Origin: Eukaryota sp. GEM-RC1
Lineage: Eukaryota
DNA: 64,000 nucleotides
Assembly (NCBI GenBank): GCA_040285855.1
Contig: JAUFOQ010000005.1
Location: 124,001-188,000, forward strand
Direction of reading: 5' to 3'
Made by a program: the position numbers and the translations under genes. This document shows, one piece after another, positions 1 through 14,027 of this stretch; within the stretch, counting starts at the first letter, position 1, and each line of letters opens with the position of its first letter. The notes beneath the pieces are model-generated. The model did no database searches, was not told the DNA's origin, and saw nothing but the letters and a program-made list of their open reading frames with translations.

Positions 1-594
1 GATTATCAATCAAAAATTCAAAGAATTTTGAAAAATCGGGAAGAGGCAGAGATCAACCAATCTTCCACTCAACCCGTGATAACTGCCGAACCAACCTCGT
101 CGTCCCTGTACTCGAGTGGTGACTTAGTCCTCAAGACTAACTCCAAAACTAAGAAGCTTCACGGCAAGCTCGAAGGCCCATTCCTGGTCATCGACACGCC
201 CACCGCAAGTTCTCTTACCTTACAGAACATTATCACTGGACATCAGTTCAAATCTAGTGTTCATCAATGTAAGAAATACCTCACTGACAAACCCTCGTCT
301 GATGAGTTCCACAAGGCTGTCGCTTCATGTGACTCAGAGGAAATGATCGTGATTAAGGTGCTATCCCAATCTGATTCATTTTCAGGACCAGTATGTTCAG
401 TTGTTTGGTTCGATGGTGATACCACCGAGGTGCCTTTGGATCAAATAAAGAATACGAAAGCCTATTCAGAGTTTATTAAATCCAATCCCTCCTACAAACC
501 ATCTACTAGAAAGAAACGAAGTGTTCAGGGTAGTACCAGCCGTGCCTCTCCACCTGCCAAGAGGACCAGGTCCTCGAGAAAGGGGAAAAAGTAG
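1..594 (+). mobile_element. 3' end of Ty3/gypsy chromovirus pol (integrase C-terminal GPY/F region plus chromodomain), 5'-partial
   Basis: Translation shows KLHGKLEGPFLVID...VHQCKKY (GPY/F module), then a chromodomain-like segment (IKVLSQ...VVWFDGDTTEVPLDQIKNTKAYSEFIK) and a basic tail. A polypurine tract GAGAAAGGGGAAAAAG (576-591) immediately precedes the stop codon. Confidence 0.8.
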
Positions 595-660
595 TGTTAG
601 TACTGGTACAGTACCCTCAAAATAAATTTACTTTACCTTCTCCCATGTCTACAGACAACA
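595..660 (+). repeat. Putative 3' LTR, 66 bp
   Basis: Starts TGTT directly after the polypurine tract and stop codon, ends AACA at 660 (inverted termini), and contains AATAAA at 621-626. Confidence 0.55.
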
Positions 661-2076
661 CTACAGGTTCATTGTTTAAGAGTAAAAGAAATTCGCTGGA
701 ATTGTTTTCAAAAACTTGGTCATTCCTGACTTAGCTTTGTCTTCAAAATACATTGTAGCAGCCATTTAAAATGGCTTTCTTGATTGAAAAATTCTTCAAG
801 AAATTAAGGAACTGGGAAACCCGTTTAGTGTTGATTTGATTCGCAAACCAATTTGTTACTGCAATAACTAAAATATGAACACGAACAGGAAAATTGAATA
901 GAGAATTACAAATTGTGAACATAACGAATTTTAATATACTACATTGTAGTATTTTTTTTCAAATGTTTCTCAAATTCAAAAACCAAAACTTAAACCAGAA
1001 GAAGACGTGGCCTCATTCCTCACACCAAAGGGTTGTGCCTGACTACTTTACAGTAGTTACAGGAAACCCGCATCAGCACATGTCATGTCTTAACATATAC
1101 ATAGTATATTATAGTATATTTGTCGAAAGCTGTAACATTATCCAGTACAATTAGCGAATTTTCTGATTTCACCCAAAACCAAATTGAAACTGATGTAGAT
1201 AATCGTTTCACCAGGTCATTTATGAACTATATAAATCATTATCATGATTGCCCTAGTTGAACTTTTACAATCCGTAACTTATATCTCTTCAAGAGAGTCA
1301 GTTAATGGGGCACTAAAATCAATGATGATGTCTAATAATAATAGGTGAAGCACAAAAAGTACTTAGAAAGCTAATAAAGTTTCGCAATCTTCTATCAGAA
1401 GTAAAAATTTTCCATCTTTATCACCAGTTTTAATGTGTCTCGGAATTTGGACATGATTTAAGTGTTGTCATTTCCCGATAGTTCATAGGCTTCTTGATCT
1501 TTTTTTTTTTGGAAAAGGGCAAAAATGATATTTTCTGTATATAGTGTATATACAGATGCCACAAGATGTTCGTTAACGGTGTATATTTGTATATGAGTTC
1601 AGTTACTTGTTATACAACGGTTTATGAACTTGTCAGAGTCTACAAAATGACCAGACTGTATTATTCCAATGTCAAGGACGAGAAATTCACGTAATATCAT
1701 GCAAGTAAGTGATTGACCAATTGAAATTAGCTCTCATTATCAGTAAAATCTTCTGTCTATTTCTATATTTTTTTCCTCAGTGGTAACACACTCTTTACCG
1801 ACTTCCTTTAGTGTTCATTGCTCATATAGCCGATGTAGTATTTTATGATGTGGGTTAGCCTTTGGAGAAGAGATATCAGAAACAATGTCGAAGATGAAAG
1901 TGAATTACGGTAAGTGATAATGACGGATTATCTGTTTGCTGTTCGGTAATAGAGGAGTAAGCGATCATTGGATCTGTATCCAAAGAGGCATGTGAAAGAA
2001 GAAGAAAGAATGCAAAAAATAACTGTAAAACGTGTTGTTGCTGATGATAAGATTTGTTGTTGAGTAAAATATTTTA

Positions 2077-3390
2077 CAGTCTTCCCTCGGTTTAGTGCCG
2101 CTGTTTGGACCGGCACTAAATCGAGGGTTTGTTCTGTGCAGTGTGAACAGATGATGATGGAGGTTTATTGTTATGTGAAATAACAGCTATGACTGACGTG
2201 CATCTACTGATAATACTAGTGGGGTACCATTGGCAATCATATGGGAGAGAAAGGGTTTCAAGTAAAAGGCAGTGACACATTGAGAAATATGACATCATTC
2301 ATGATGTTTTAGCGAACAACGAAGAGCTAGAAATGAAGCTTACCAGACAACAAGTACATCTGAGATCACTGAAAAGTATCAGCCCAGAAACAGAAAGCTT
2401 GGAGAAGACAAAATCTCCTCCCAAAGAAAGAATTTGAAAGGAGAAATCAGATGAGAACGTTGTGTAGAAAGCGTTTGAAGGAATGAAAACGGAGATAGAC
2501 CAGCGAAATCCGTCAACGAAGAGGAAGAACATGTGGTTGCCTTCAAGACGAAGGATATTCCAACCGCTGAGAGGGTATATGGGCTCATTCAACGTTCTTG
2601 GTGCCTTCTTGCTTCAGCAAAACGTCTCTACTATAGCCGTCGTCCGGTCAGCGCCGAAAATGTTCCCGCTGAGTCCAAATTGTATACACTCCCAATTCTA
2701 CCCTTGTCTATATCAAAACAAAGGATGAGAACAGAAGAAGAAAGGAAGTGTGACATTTTTGGCGTGTTTTGGTGTAGAGTGTAGATTAGGCTTGTCACAT
2801 GATAAAAACGTTTAAAACGTATTTTGAAAAAACGACGTTTTTTATTCTTGTCAACGTTTTTTATATTCTGGATTGACACAAAAAGCACGACTTTCTACTC
2901 CACTTTGGTCTTAATATGGCAGATGTTATTTCATGTTTGTTGTTTCTGACCAAGCAAGACTGAAACAAGGCAAGCATATTTGGTGACACTATTACTCTTA
3001 CAACATATGCTCTTTGGTTCTGTATCTGAGTAAAACGGCCTTCAGGTACACTCAAACAGTGTTCTTGATATACCTCGTTATCTTCCCGTCCTGACCACGT
3101 GATCATCGTTAGATGAGCACTATACTTCATCTCCATGGTGTTATGCTTCCAATCTCAAAAGAACATAGCTGCAATGATCGAACTATGGAAGATTTGGTTG
3201 ACGAAAATGAATTGATAAAGAAGTGAAAAGTTGAAAAAGTTGATCTGCCCTTTTTGAACGTTTTTTACAAGCCTGGTGTAGATAACACATACGACTCTTT
3301 GTACAACATCATCAGAAGGAAAGTGTGTGAAGAGAAGAAAGGTTAATGTTGGGCTCCAAATGTGAAGCCAAAGACTATAGAATGTAAGAC
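2077..3390 (+). mobile_element. Degenerate pogo/Tc1-mariner-type DNA transposon, copy 1 (left TIR intact, right end not found)
   Basis: TA|CAGTCTTCCCTCGGTTTA terminus at 2077. The body is an inverted homolog of 10757-11572. Remnant peptide WLPSRRRIFQPLRGYMGSF resembles the DDE_1 motif LP..T..LQPLD.G...FK. Confidence 0.6.
2787..3275. mobile_element. hAT-type MITE (489 bp) nested in the pogo-like element
   Basis: Termini TAGGCTTGT...ACAAGCCTG with an exact 8-bp TSD GTGTAGAT (2779-2786 and 3276-3283). The homologous copy near 10860-10880 lacks the insert. Confidence 0.85.
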
Positions 3391-3830
3391 ATGTAGAGTG
3401 TGTAAACAAATGTCTATGTATATTTGTGTATATGAAAAATCGAACTCGTGTATATCTGAACCAAGGTTTCAAGCATCCGTTTTGTTGCGCCTTTTCTGTT
3501 GTATTCGTTATTATTATGAAGTGTGTCATTGAAACACCTATTTTGGAATTCTTGATGTATAGAAACAATGGAAATCAAAGAAGTGAAGATCTGTTAAGAC
3601 ATGTTTCATCACTCTCCTCATCCAAAAATCCATCGACAAACTCAATTGCAAGACTTTTTTAAGCATCGGATTTACCAAAATATGATCGTTGACCTCGCAC
3701 GTTATTGATAATTTTTAAAATTTCATGTCAACCAATTTTCGAAAAATTGATCAAGTTTCGATTTATAATGGTACATTGTTATTCGCTCTCTTGTAACTGA
3801 TCTGTGCAATATCAGAAAGAATAAACAAAA

Positions 3831-6800
3831 CTACAGCACAAAGTAAGATAAGAAAGTCTTAATTGTCTTATTATTTGCCAGACTCTCTTCAGGAAACATC
3901 TCCAATAACAAAGAAGTACTATCTTGTTCGGTTTCCAGAGACTTTACCATTCTTCTAAAGACAAAGAAATACAAAACCACAATAGTTACAACAGAAAATC
4001 CAAACATTGACCTAACAGTAATCAAACCAGAACTAATTGCTGAGAAAGTTTCATCGTGGTAAAAGTCAATCGAGTCAATCATTCCTAAAGAAACCTTTGG
4101 TCATTGTTCAAGAAGACGAAGAACTATGGGAGAAGTAAGGGTAAGGTCTTCTAATTGTACTAATGTCACAAACTGCTGGACTGAATTGAGATATTGTTCC
4201 AACAAAACATGAAGACCAAGAGTCCCATTTTTCGTCACAAAATCATTAGAAAAATGGAGCTCGTCTTGAACTAGAAACCTTCCAGCAGATGGTTCATAAT
4301 CACCAAGGTCAAAAAGAAGCGATTGATGTACCAAAAGCAATTGGTCAACAAGTTTCACAATATTCCCAATGTGGAAATCTTTATTCAATGGATTCATTAC
4401 TGCCGCCACACATTGGTCAATAATTTGAGTGGTTAACGTGATTCTTTCTGCAGCATGAGCGATTGAGTGGGGAAGTTGTTGGACGCGATTGAGATGGTAC
4501 CACGAAGAGAAAGATAGAAGAGCTAGTACCAAGACCAGAACAAACATTGAGAGGAAACTTCTGTTTCGGAAGGAGGTAGTAACGGAAAACTCTGTTTCCT
4601 GTTTGACGTGACTCATACGTGACCTGAGCTCTTCTTTTGTTGAGTAATCAACGGCGTAACCGAAAAACAAAGCACACGTGAGGAAGGTCAAAATCAGAAT
4701 GATTAGCGAATTAGTTGCTTCGTCAAAATACGATCAGCAATCGGTTTAATTTCTTTTGAGGAATATTAAGCACCGATGTAGCAAACGGTTGAATCAAATC
4801 AGAAAGTTGATTATCAAAATAAACCCGATACTCACGTGAGAAAAGTGCAGAAAGTAACTGTGATTGATTGTCTTCACCGAATGTTTGATTGAGATTGGTG
4901 ATGTTAAAAAGATCAAACATAACATGATCCGAAATGTAGATAATCTCAAACAGCGGATGATCGATCAAATCTGATTGTATGCTTTGAGCAGTAAGATAGA
5001 CAATGACTTTTCGAGTTATAAGATATACCTCTACACATGATTGAATTGACGGAATATAATCATTTGTAATCATTAAATCAGCAAACATTAAGTCTACTTC
5101 TTGATACCTACCAATAAAATCCAACAGAAAACGTTCCTTATGAGATATAAGAAAATGAGCAAAGCTTAACTCCAAATCTATCACCGTAGATTCTAAGATA
5201 AGTGCATTTTCTGAGTCGTTTTGATATCTATCAACGATGTAGTTGCTTTCTAAACCATCAGTAAATGATTGATGCAAATTTTGACCATTTCTAAAACTGA
5301 AAAACACAAAATCAACGACATAAATCCAAATAACAGCTTGACCCGAGAATTTAAAATTTTTCTTAATGTAAGGAAGAAAAGAATATTCAATATTATAACA
5401 ACAAAAGACATACATAAAAGCAGTATTGCTAGAAACTGAAGAGTAACCCGATGATTATACAAACTGGAATAAAAGAAACTGTGTAAAGTCTTACCCATTG
5501 CCACGAGAGGATTGATTGCTGATTGTTTTAAATCAGCAAAGTGACAACTTGTAATCAAATGACAAACAAGTGATTTTTGTTGGATATTAGATAGGTTCAA
5601 ATCAGTCTGGGGGTCAGAATACCAAAAATCAGCCACGTCTGGATACACAATTTTTAAAAGTTCATGGCCACTTTCACTAGAAAAATTGTAGTGAAACACA
5701 TCAGATTTAAACTCAGGTACAAGTGACGAGTCTAGGCCAAAGCTATTAGAGATTAAAAACGCAGCAATAGAATGAAGCATTGACAAAGAACTACGTTGAC
5801 GTTCAAACGATTGTAGTGTTGTAATAAATTCAAAGGGAACAGATTCAGCAATTTCATTGAAATTTAAAAAATAGGTTTCAGGCTCAACTTCTTTGCGATA
5901 TTTGTCGTAAAGGAGATAATCTCCCGTGATTACACAGCCAGTCATGGACCAAAAGAAGACATCAAATTATGAGAAATCAATTCAAAATTATCACAAAATT
6001 TAGAATAATTGACCAGTACATCACATAAAACTTGCTGTGGTTGATACACTACAATACCACCAACAATCACAATCAAAGCAAAAATCAAAATCAAAATGGC
6101 AAATAGCACATAAATTAGTTTCTTACCAGGATTAGACCTAACAATCTTAGTTTCCCTGTCTTCTTCAAAGTCATTGTCTAAATTCTGTAACAGATCAACA
6201 CGTGATGGGAAGGGAGAATCCCAAGAAGTTGGTTGTCTGGCTTTTTCACTTGTGAGAACAATTTCAAACTTTGGATTTTTGAGAATTTGGTCTATTGCAC
6301 GATCATCCAAGTGAAGAAAAAGATTCAGCACACCTAATTTTTCTTGAGATAGCTTTTCTAGTCGAGACACAATAAATACAACCGCAGTATAAATGCAAAT
6401 TAAAAAGGAGATAACAGAAAGAAAAACAATGATCACGATATTATTGAAGAAAAACATGTCACTTGAAGTCAACAGAACGTCCCAGAAATCTGACTATGAT
6501 TCAGAGCTCATTGCATTGTTGTCAATCACAAACCGAAAATCAGAATCATTATAATTGATAGAATCAGGGTTGAGCTCAATTCTTCTAGTAAACGACACGG
6601 CAGATTGGATGATTGACAGAGCCAAAGACCATAAATTCATTATTCTACTTTCAGAAACAACAGGAGCAGAATTTCTAAATAATTGGACAAAATTCGAGGT
6701 GACGTCATCAACGACACCACTTCAACGTCATTAATTGCAGAGATTTTACTAGTACCCACTCTAGGACACTGGTAAACGTCAGCATTATAAGATTCTCCTA

Positions 6801-8990
6801 ATGAAACCCTCGAAAAATGATAATTCAAATGTTGACTTGTTTCAATCGCAAAAGAGATCAATCTTGTCGTATCTGTCCCCATCATTGTTGAGTACATCAT
6901 TTGACGTAAACTAAAAGGAAGTAATGCAGATTGAAAGGATATATGAGAGCTTTCAATTAAGACCAAGATTCTGTTTGAAACGCTATTTAATGAGATTTCA
7001 GTGGAAATTAACGAGAGCAAAGCACAAACAGAAATTACGATGAAACAGACAGTAATTCCTCTAGCAAAACCATCAATTGAGGAAGTTTTATCCTCAGCTT
7101 TTGACAAAGATATCCATTCCGATTGCATTGCTTGCAGTTTACTCTTCCTCTTTCCTCCATTCTTTCTTCCCACTAAAGATCCATTGACAGAAGCAGAACG
7201 AATACTTGATGATCCTCCTTCGTTAACTGAGGGAGCCGACAAAAGGTCTGCTCGGTCATCGTAGGCAGCAGAAAATTCTTCATCACCAAGGACATCACGA
7301 CAGAAGTTTGCGTAAGTTCTATTGACCTCTGGTGACTCAGGGTATGACGTGATCAGTCTGTTGTAGATTGCTTCCACAGCAATTTTTCTATTTTTGATTT
7401 CTTCTGTGATTTTGGGTAAAACATCTATTTGAGCACGAGGTTTTTTCAAATATGTCCAAAATTTAACAACCGATAACAAATAATCCGCTAACTTTTCTTG
7501 AGCGTCCTTAACTGACCTTTGAAGTTGAACATACTGATCAGAGTCTCGCATTCCCGTGTTTTGGCGACGTCGTAGGTTATCAATTTCTAATTCCAATGCA
7601 AATATTCTAAATTTTTGATCAATTGAAAAATCGGTGTCCATCTTTTCAACTGGGAAAGTATCACGTTAGCACCAAGATGATCGTGAACGTAATCAAGATC
7701 AAATGCAGATCGTTGAAGGAAAAGGTCAACTGATTCGGGAAATCGATTGGAATAAAACTCTAAAATGCTGCGTGCCTTTTCTACATTCTGCTTTTTGAGA
7801 AAAGGTTTAATAAAAGCAGTATACCTGATAGCATGAATCCAGTGAGATACAGGGATAGTAATCGTGAGAGAATCAACACTGTCTGAAGCAGTAGAACGGG
7901 GGCCAGAGTGGTCAAAGGTGGTATCTTTACCAAAGTACTTCTGCTCGGAAGTAGAAAGTAATGACTCAGGAAATACCAAAGACATTGTTTGGAGATAGTA
8001 TCTAGAAAGAAGGAAAGAGAGTAGAGGAGAAATGGTCAAAGCTGGGAGAACAAATAAGAAAGTCATAACAATTCCAGGAAGAGAGAGATTGAAAAGTTCA
8101 AGAATGTTCAAAATTATAAAGGATAGCGCCATGGAAAACCAAAGTCCACAAAAACAGCCGAAACACTTGAAAGCGTTGACGTGAACAAAGGGTAGTCTTT
8201 TCCAAATGAAGAGGTACAGTAGAACGGGAGCAGTGACAAAGCAAGTTAGAAAGAAGATACGACGGTGGGGGAGAAGGAAGTAGATGGCCAGAATGGTCAA
8301 TTTGAGGAGGAAAACGTGAAAAAAGGAGAATTGGACGTGATTTTGAGTGAAGATATACTTTGACGTTAGATTTGTGACACGGGTAAGGCTATCAAAGATG
8401 AAAGAATGGAAGAGAATAACAACAAGCATCACGCCAGCAAAAACCCGGAGGGACATGGACACTAAGTTCCAGCAACCTCCGATCGAGGTCCAAGGATGGA
8501 AGATGGATGCTTCAGAGGTACATCCAAGAGTGACAAGCAATACAGCAGCAAAGGGGATTTGAACTAACTGAAAGAGGAAGATAAGAACTTTAAGAGTAAA
8601 GGGATACTTAAGAACAGAAACAGACTCCTTGTGGTGGTGGACATTGATAATCACCAAAACGAGAAGAAGACACACCAGAGCCGATCCAATGGTGAGTGCA
8701 ATCGTCAAGTTGCTGGAAGTCTCTGTCCAGTAAGGCAATGCAAAGTGGAAAAAGCGGCGCATGTCAGGAAAATACTTTTCCGATAACCACGGGCTGATGT
8801 ACATATTGAGACTCAATGATAACATTTGTATACATTGAACAAACAAGGTAATCACAGAAAATGTGTTGGATCGCTGTATTTGAGACACAGTTTGACAGAA
8901 AGATACAAACGACATAGTAATGACCCCATAAGACTGTTGTACTCCCCCGGTGGATCGTATACTTCCAGTTTGAGAAGGAGGATTACTCAT
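3831..8990 (-). pseudogene. TmcB/TmcC-like multi-pass membrane protein, type A copy 1 (pseudogene)
   Basis: Colinear paralog of 20142-25311. Two in-frame nonsense codons (TAG at 6494-6496 where A2 has Trp; TGA at about 4101-4103 where A2 has Arg) plus indels, including a non-homopolymer one near 5942. Confidence 0.8.
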
Positions 8991-10132
8991 CATGAGATCC
9001 ACCAATAAGGAAACGTGAATTAGTGTCTGCCCACGTTTCACCTTTCCAATTGCTTATGAACCTTCTCCAGCCTCATCCACAAGCAGCAGTATGTGCGAAA
9101 TCTCAATAGCTGTCACCTTAATTCAGGTACAATGTGTGTGCTACAATGTAGCTTCTTTTTGAAAATTTTGTCCCTCTGAAACTTCACATTCTACTTGTGA
9201 AGGAACTTTGATACTCTTGATGATACCTAAAGTATCTTCAAGCAATTATGTTAAACCTCCTCACTTGATGTTTGATTAGGTTTTGGAACCTTGCATTGGG
9301 GAGTTTCAATGAAGTAGTCATTTCACTTAATTAGTTGGTATTGAAACCATACTCATGGATCACACTGACGGAAGCAGTGTAATCACCTTCACAACCTCAA
9401 TCACAATCACATCACACTTGTTTCTGTGATCACAACCAAAATTCCTGATATACATCAATGTATTCCTCCATGTTTGCTTCTTGAAATGAATCATCATCAT
9501 GTTATCCTAATGATCGTTTATGATTTTTATCCTTCTCTTTGGCAACTTCTATCAAATGATAACCATTTCCTTACGGTTTTAAGGGGCTAATCCAGCATTA
9601 CCTGTATGTCTTTGAGCTATTTGACTTAACTACGCGTATTGATCACTACCAACAGAATGCCACCTTTGATGGGGATAGCCAAATCAATGATTTCAGAAAC
9701 ACTAAGTTGGGTGCCCACTGATCAGCAAGATGCTGTTCAAACTCTACGAATTGGTAAAGAGATTAGTCACACACTTTGGGGAATAAGAGTTGTTGGACAA
9801 ATTCAAATTTGTGTTTCTTCGTACAAAATGGAGAATACAACAATAGCAGAATGGTTGGTTATAGTCCGTTTTTCTTTTTCGCATCGAGAAGCTCTGACTG
9901 TGTCGTAAAAAACCTGTTATTATAGAACACCTGTTCAGAGCTTTAATGAACCATTTAAATTGGACTAGAGTTATTATACACATGTATTTTATTGATGATA
10001 CCACTTGACTAACTATCACATTTGAATCACAAGTGGTGTGATCACAGAAAATAGAACAGTGTGTTGGAAATAAATCAATTTTTTACATTATTAACTTAAT
10101 TTTTGGGTTCACTTCTTCATTTGTATTCCCAT

Positions 10133-10575
10133 CAGTGTTCGAAGACACGTTTGGACACGGACACGGTGTCTTTTCAAAAACACGCAAAAAGACACCGCGT
10201 GTGTACGTGTTTTTGTGCAAAAACCTAGAAAACTTCGAAAGTACCCTTTTATTTCCCTCGGTATTGTTCGACTTGAATGTTTTTCTATATGTTATACCAC
10301 AATAGAATGCAATGCCAACAAAAGTGGCCAAAATACTGACATGATGCGCTGTCAAACAAACCTAGAACACCAATTCAACTCAACAGAACCACAAAATCCA
10401 AGATTCAGTGATGAGATGTCAGATAAAAACAAGAATTGGCCCAAAAGAATGTTTTGATGGTCAAACTCTGTATAGTTGATGGGAAATTTTTTCTCGAAAA
10501 AACACCCAAAAGACACATCAAAGAAACCGTGCGGACACGCGTGTTAACACCGACACGGTGTCTTTGAACAAACAC
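10133..10575. repeat. Degenerate MITE-like dispersed repeat rich in GACACG/CACGTG motifs
   Basis: Imperfect inverted ends (TGTTCGAAGACAC ... GTGTCTTTGAACA). The internal part matches 30390-30630 (AAACCTAGAAAACTT...ACCCTTTTATTTC...AATCCAAGAT.CAGTGATGAGATG). Confidence 0.5.
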
Positions 10576-10639
10576 GTGACTCCCAGCCGGAAATGTGTGG
10601 TAAGTTGTCAATTTAGTCAGTCTCGTTATTAATGACACA

Positions 10640-11572
10640 CAGTCTTCCTCTGGTTTATGACCAAATATTTTCTGTCCGATTTTTGTCGATCGATCTTTCT
10701 CTCTCCGCCGATCATGCATCAACCGATCTCTTGCCTATCAACATATGCAATGAACACGCTTACATTCTATAGTCTTTGGTTTCACATTTGGAACCCAGCA
10801 CTAACCTTTCTTCTCTTCACACACTTTCCTCCAGAAGATGCTGTACAAAGACTCGTCTGTGTTATCTAGATACATTCTTCACCAAATCACGCCAAACATG
10901 TCCCACTTCCTTTCTTCTTCTGTTCTCATCCTTTGTCTAGATATATATGAGGGTAGAGTTGGAAGTCTATCCAATTTGTACTGAACATGAACATTTTCTG
11001 CCGTGACCAAACAACAACTCTACTAGAGACGTTTTGCTGGAGGGAGAAGGCTCCAAGAACATTAAATGAGCCCTCTCAGGGGTTAGATTATCCTTCGTCT
11101 TGAAGGCAACCACAAGCTCCTCATCTTCTTTGACGGATTTCGCTGGTCTATCTCCGTTTTCATTCTTTCAACAGCTTTCTACACACCTTTCTCATCTGAT
11201 TTCCGCTTGCAAATTCTTCCTTTGGGAGGAGATTTTGTCTTCTCCAAGCCTCCTGTTTTGTGATGATGCTCCTTTAGTTATCTCAGATGTATTTGCTGTC
11301 TTGTGTTCTTCATACCTTTTTCTTCGTTGTTTACTATAACATCATGAATGATGTCAAATCGTCACCACCTTATCTTTGAACCTCTCTCTCCCGTATTATT
11401 GAGAACAGGAAGCCACCAGTAGAATGGCCCACATTTTAGCTTTTATTTCACACAACTATAAAGACCTATATAAAGATATATATGTTCACTCTACACCGAA
11501 GCAACCCTCGGTTTTTGTCCAAACTCGGTTTATATCCAGTTCAAGAGGTGGCCATAAACCGAGGGAAGACTG
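10640..11572 (-). mobile_element. Non-autonomous pogo/Tc1-mariner-type element, copy 2 (933 bp, both TIRs)
   Basis: Left end CAGTCTTCCTCTGGTTTATGACCA, right end TGGCCATAAACCGAGGGAAGACTG|TA (about 24-bp imperfect TIRs). Flanks are CA and TA. Inverted homolog of 2077-3390. Confidence 0.7.
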
Positions 11573-14027
11573 TACTTTGATCGTGCTCGACAATAATGAA
11601 GTATACTTTACTGGAAAAAAGTCCAATGAACTGTGAAAATGTCTTATTGGCAAGAATGTTGTGGTAAGAACGTGACAAACACTTTAAAAACCTGATTTCA
11701 AATTGGTCTTTAAACTCTTTCATTCTTGTTTCATAGAATGATAATCAACCAGTTCTGGATATTTTGTCTAGTTATGTCAATGTTTGTCTTTGTTGTTGTT
11801 CAAAGGACAATTTACCGTAATTCTTCATCCACCAGACCATAATTAACAACCAATATGTGGTTCATTTGAAACGTATCCAAAAAATGACAGATCAATTTGA
11901 ATCCAGATGTTTGACAGTTTTCCAGAGAAAATCTCATATGTAAATCTGAAATCAAAACTGGCAGATAAACTGTCCCTACAACTTGATAAACATGAGGACA
12001 GAGTGTTAGAGCTCCAACTTTTGACAGTCATGTGTTATTGCAGTAGTCGATGATATAGAATGACGTGACAGAGCTGAAACATGTCCTTCATCGTGTAAGA
12101 CAAACAATGTTCAGCTTGCTACATGTATTGTTATACTCCTTGAACAAGGGGTTAAGCTCGGTGAATAGAAGGAGATTGATGTCATCTATCTATGTGTATC
12201 ACTTAAATACATGTTGATATCATCATGGCAGACATGGATATGCAACAATCTAGATCTTCGTAATCATATATCGTCAAGAGAGGACGTGAAGTAATATAGT
12301 TGTACCAGTACAGATGACAATAGTTGTGAAGAGACCATATCTGAATCGGCAATAGAGTATTATGTACAAAGAAAGAGTTGCGAAAAACAGGATGAAAAAC
12401 AAGTACATGTATATGAACTAGACGAACTAACAAATGTTGATAAACATCTTTAAAATACAGGGTCCGTTGAACAATAACGTAACGAGGGCTGTGTACTGCA
12501 ACTAAACAGTTCGATGGTTTTGGGAAGACAACGTAAGTTCCATTTGAATCATCAAGAGTGCACGTGCTTTCAGAGGCCGTTTTCTACAGTTTATCACTCT
12601 GACATAGTTCAGCAGTGCATTGAACTGTTGTTTGTCAAACGATGAAAGAGATCGTATGCGCAGACAAAGGAACTTTAGAAACTGGGCATCAGGACACCTC
12701 GTCTGTCTGAAGTAGATCCAGAGATCTTCGATTGCCATGTGTAAAAGTTGGCGTGACATTGTTTTGGAAAGAAAGAAATGAGAACAGGCAGTTGCCTAAT
12801 TTGGTTAAACATGTTTGAATGACACGTGTGCATTTTCCTCATTCATCTTTTTTAGACATGAACAGACCTCTGTTATCATACACCTACAAGCAATGCCCAG
12901 CTGTGTGATCTTCACACTTGAGTAAATGCGATTTACGGAGAGAGCGTTACTCTCATTGTTGTGATACAGAGGACTCACTTTTCCAGTTTTCGTTTTTTAC
13001 TTCTACACATCCTAGACTACTTGTCAGGTACTCAGTATACGTGCAAAGGTAATACCGCATCTCCACAATTGCATGACCCCATTTTCATCTCACATCCGCT
13101 TTATGTTGCAAGGTTCCAGCCAATATATAGTTATACGTTTGTCAAACTAATTCATGAGACGGAATTTGTATTCAATGTTGATGTTATCTTTTGAATTATC
13201 CAACAACGCCCTACTGGTGTTCACGAAGAATCTGTTCTATGATAGTACTGTACATCTTCCATTTTGAGCACATAACATGACAGTCTTATGCTGAAAACGT
13301 CCTTTTGGTAAAAAAATTTTTATGAACGTTACTGATGTACTTTACGTACACCAGTAATGTTTTAGATATTAAAAAAATAGGATATGTATATTCACGAACT
13401 CTGACAGGGTTTCTAAAGGTAGAAACCCAATAACTTATGTTGAAGTTACTATTTCTGTAATGAAGAACGGGACTAAGCTGGGACTGATAGTTAACCGATG
13501 CTTTCAAACTCAAAAATTCCTCATAATTGAAAAGATTTGATTTTTTTCAGTGGTACACAGTGCTAGAAGACAAGCATTATCGACTTTTTCATGTGGTACA
13601 CTACTGTATCTGAAAAACATAATATCAGTTAGAGGAATCTTTCTATCATTACTTGTCAAAGCAATAGTTTGATAAACACATCAACTTCGTCAAATACACC
13701 AAAATCATTCCCAACACTTCCAACTATGCAGTTGTCCGTCAAGGGAATTAGTAACTATAAAATAAACATCTCAACCGTTTAATTTTTTCCGGGATACGGC
13801 AAATGCTAGTACCTAATTGTTTTTAAATTAATAAAACTACATTGAAATAAAACTGAAGCACTGATAACCAGGATTTTCCATGTCTAGTGTTCACGGTGTT
13901 GATTTTGATAAATTATTTTCGTGTCCTTCATCGATAGAAAAATTTCCATGTACATTTATTGAATAAAAAAGATATAAATTATTAAAAATAGAATAAGAAC
14001 AATACTGATGGACACAAAACTCTGTTA

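Noticed and set aside
2084..2140. Helitron 3' hairpin
   Set aside because: No CTRR end at the expected distance; the TA|CAGT terminus and paired TIRs in copy 2 explain it better.
4101..6496. Stop-codon reassignment or readthrough to explain the in-frame TAG and TGA in A1
   Set aside because: The two stops replace different residues (Trp, Arg), co-occur with indels, and TAG terminates the intact genes normally; pseudogenisation is simpler.
11720..13200. Short ORFs as genes
   Set aside because: No recognisable motifs and multiple stops; at most unidentifiable relics.
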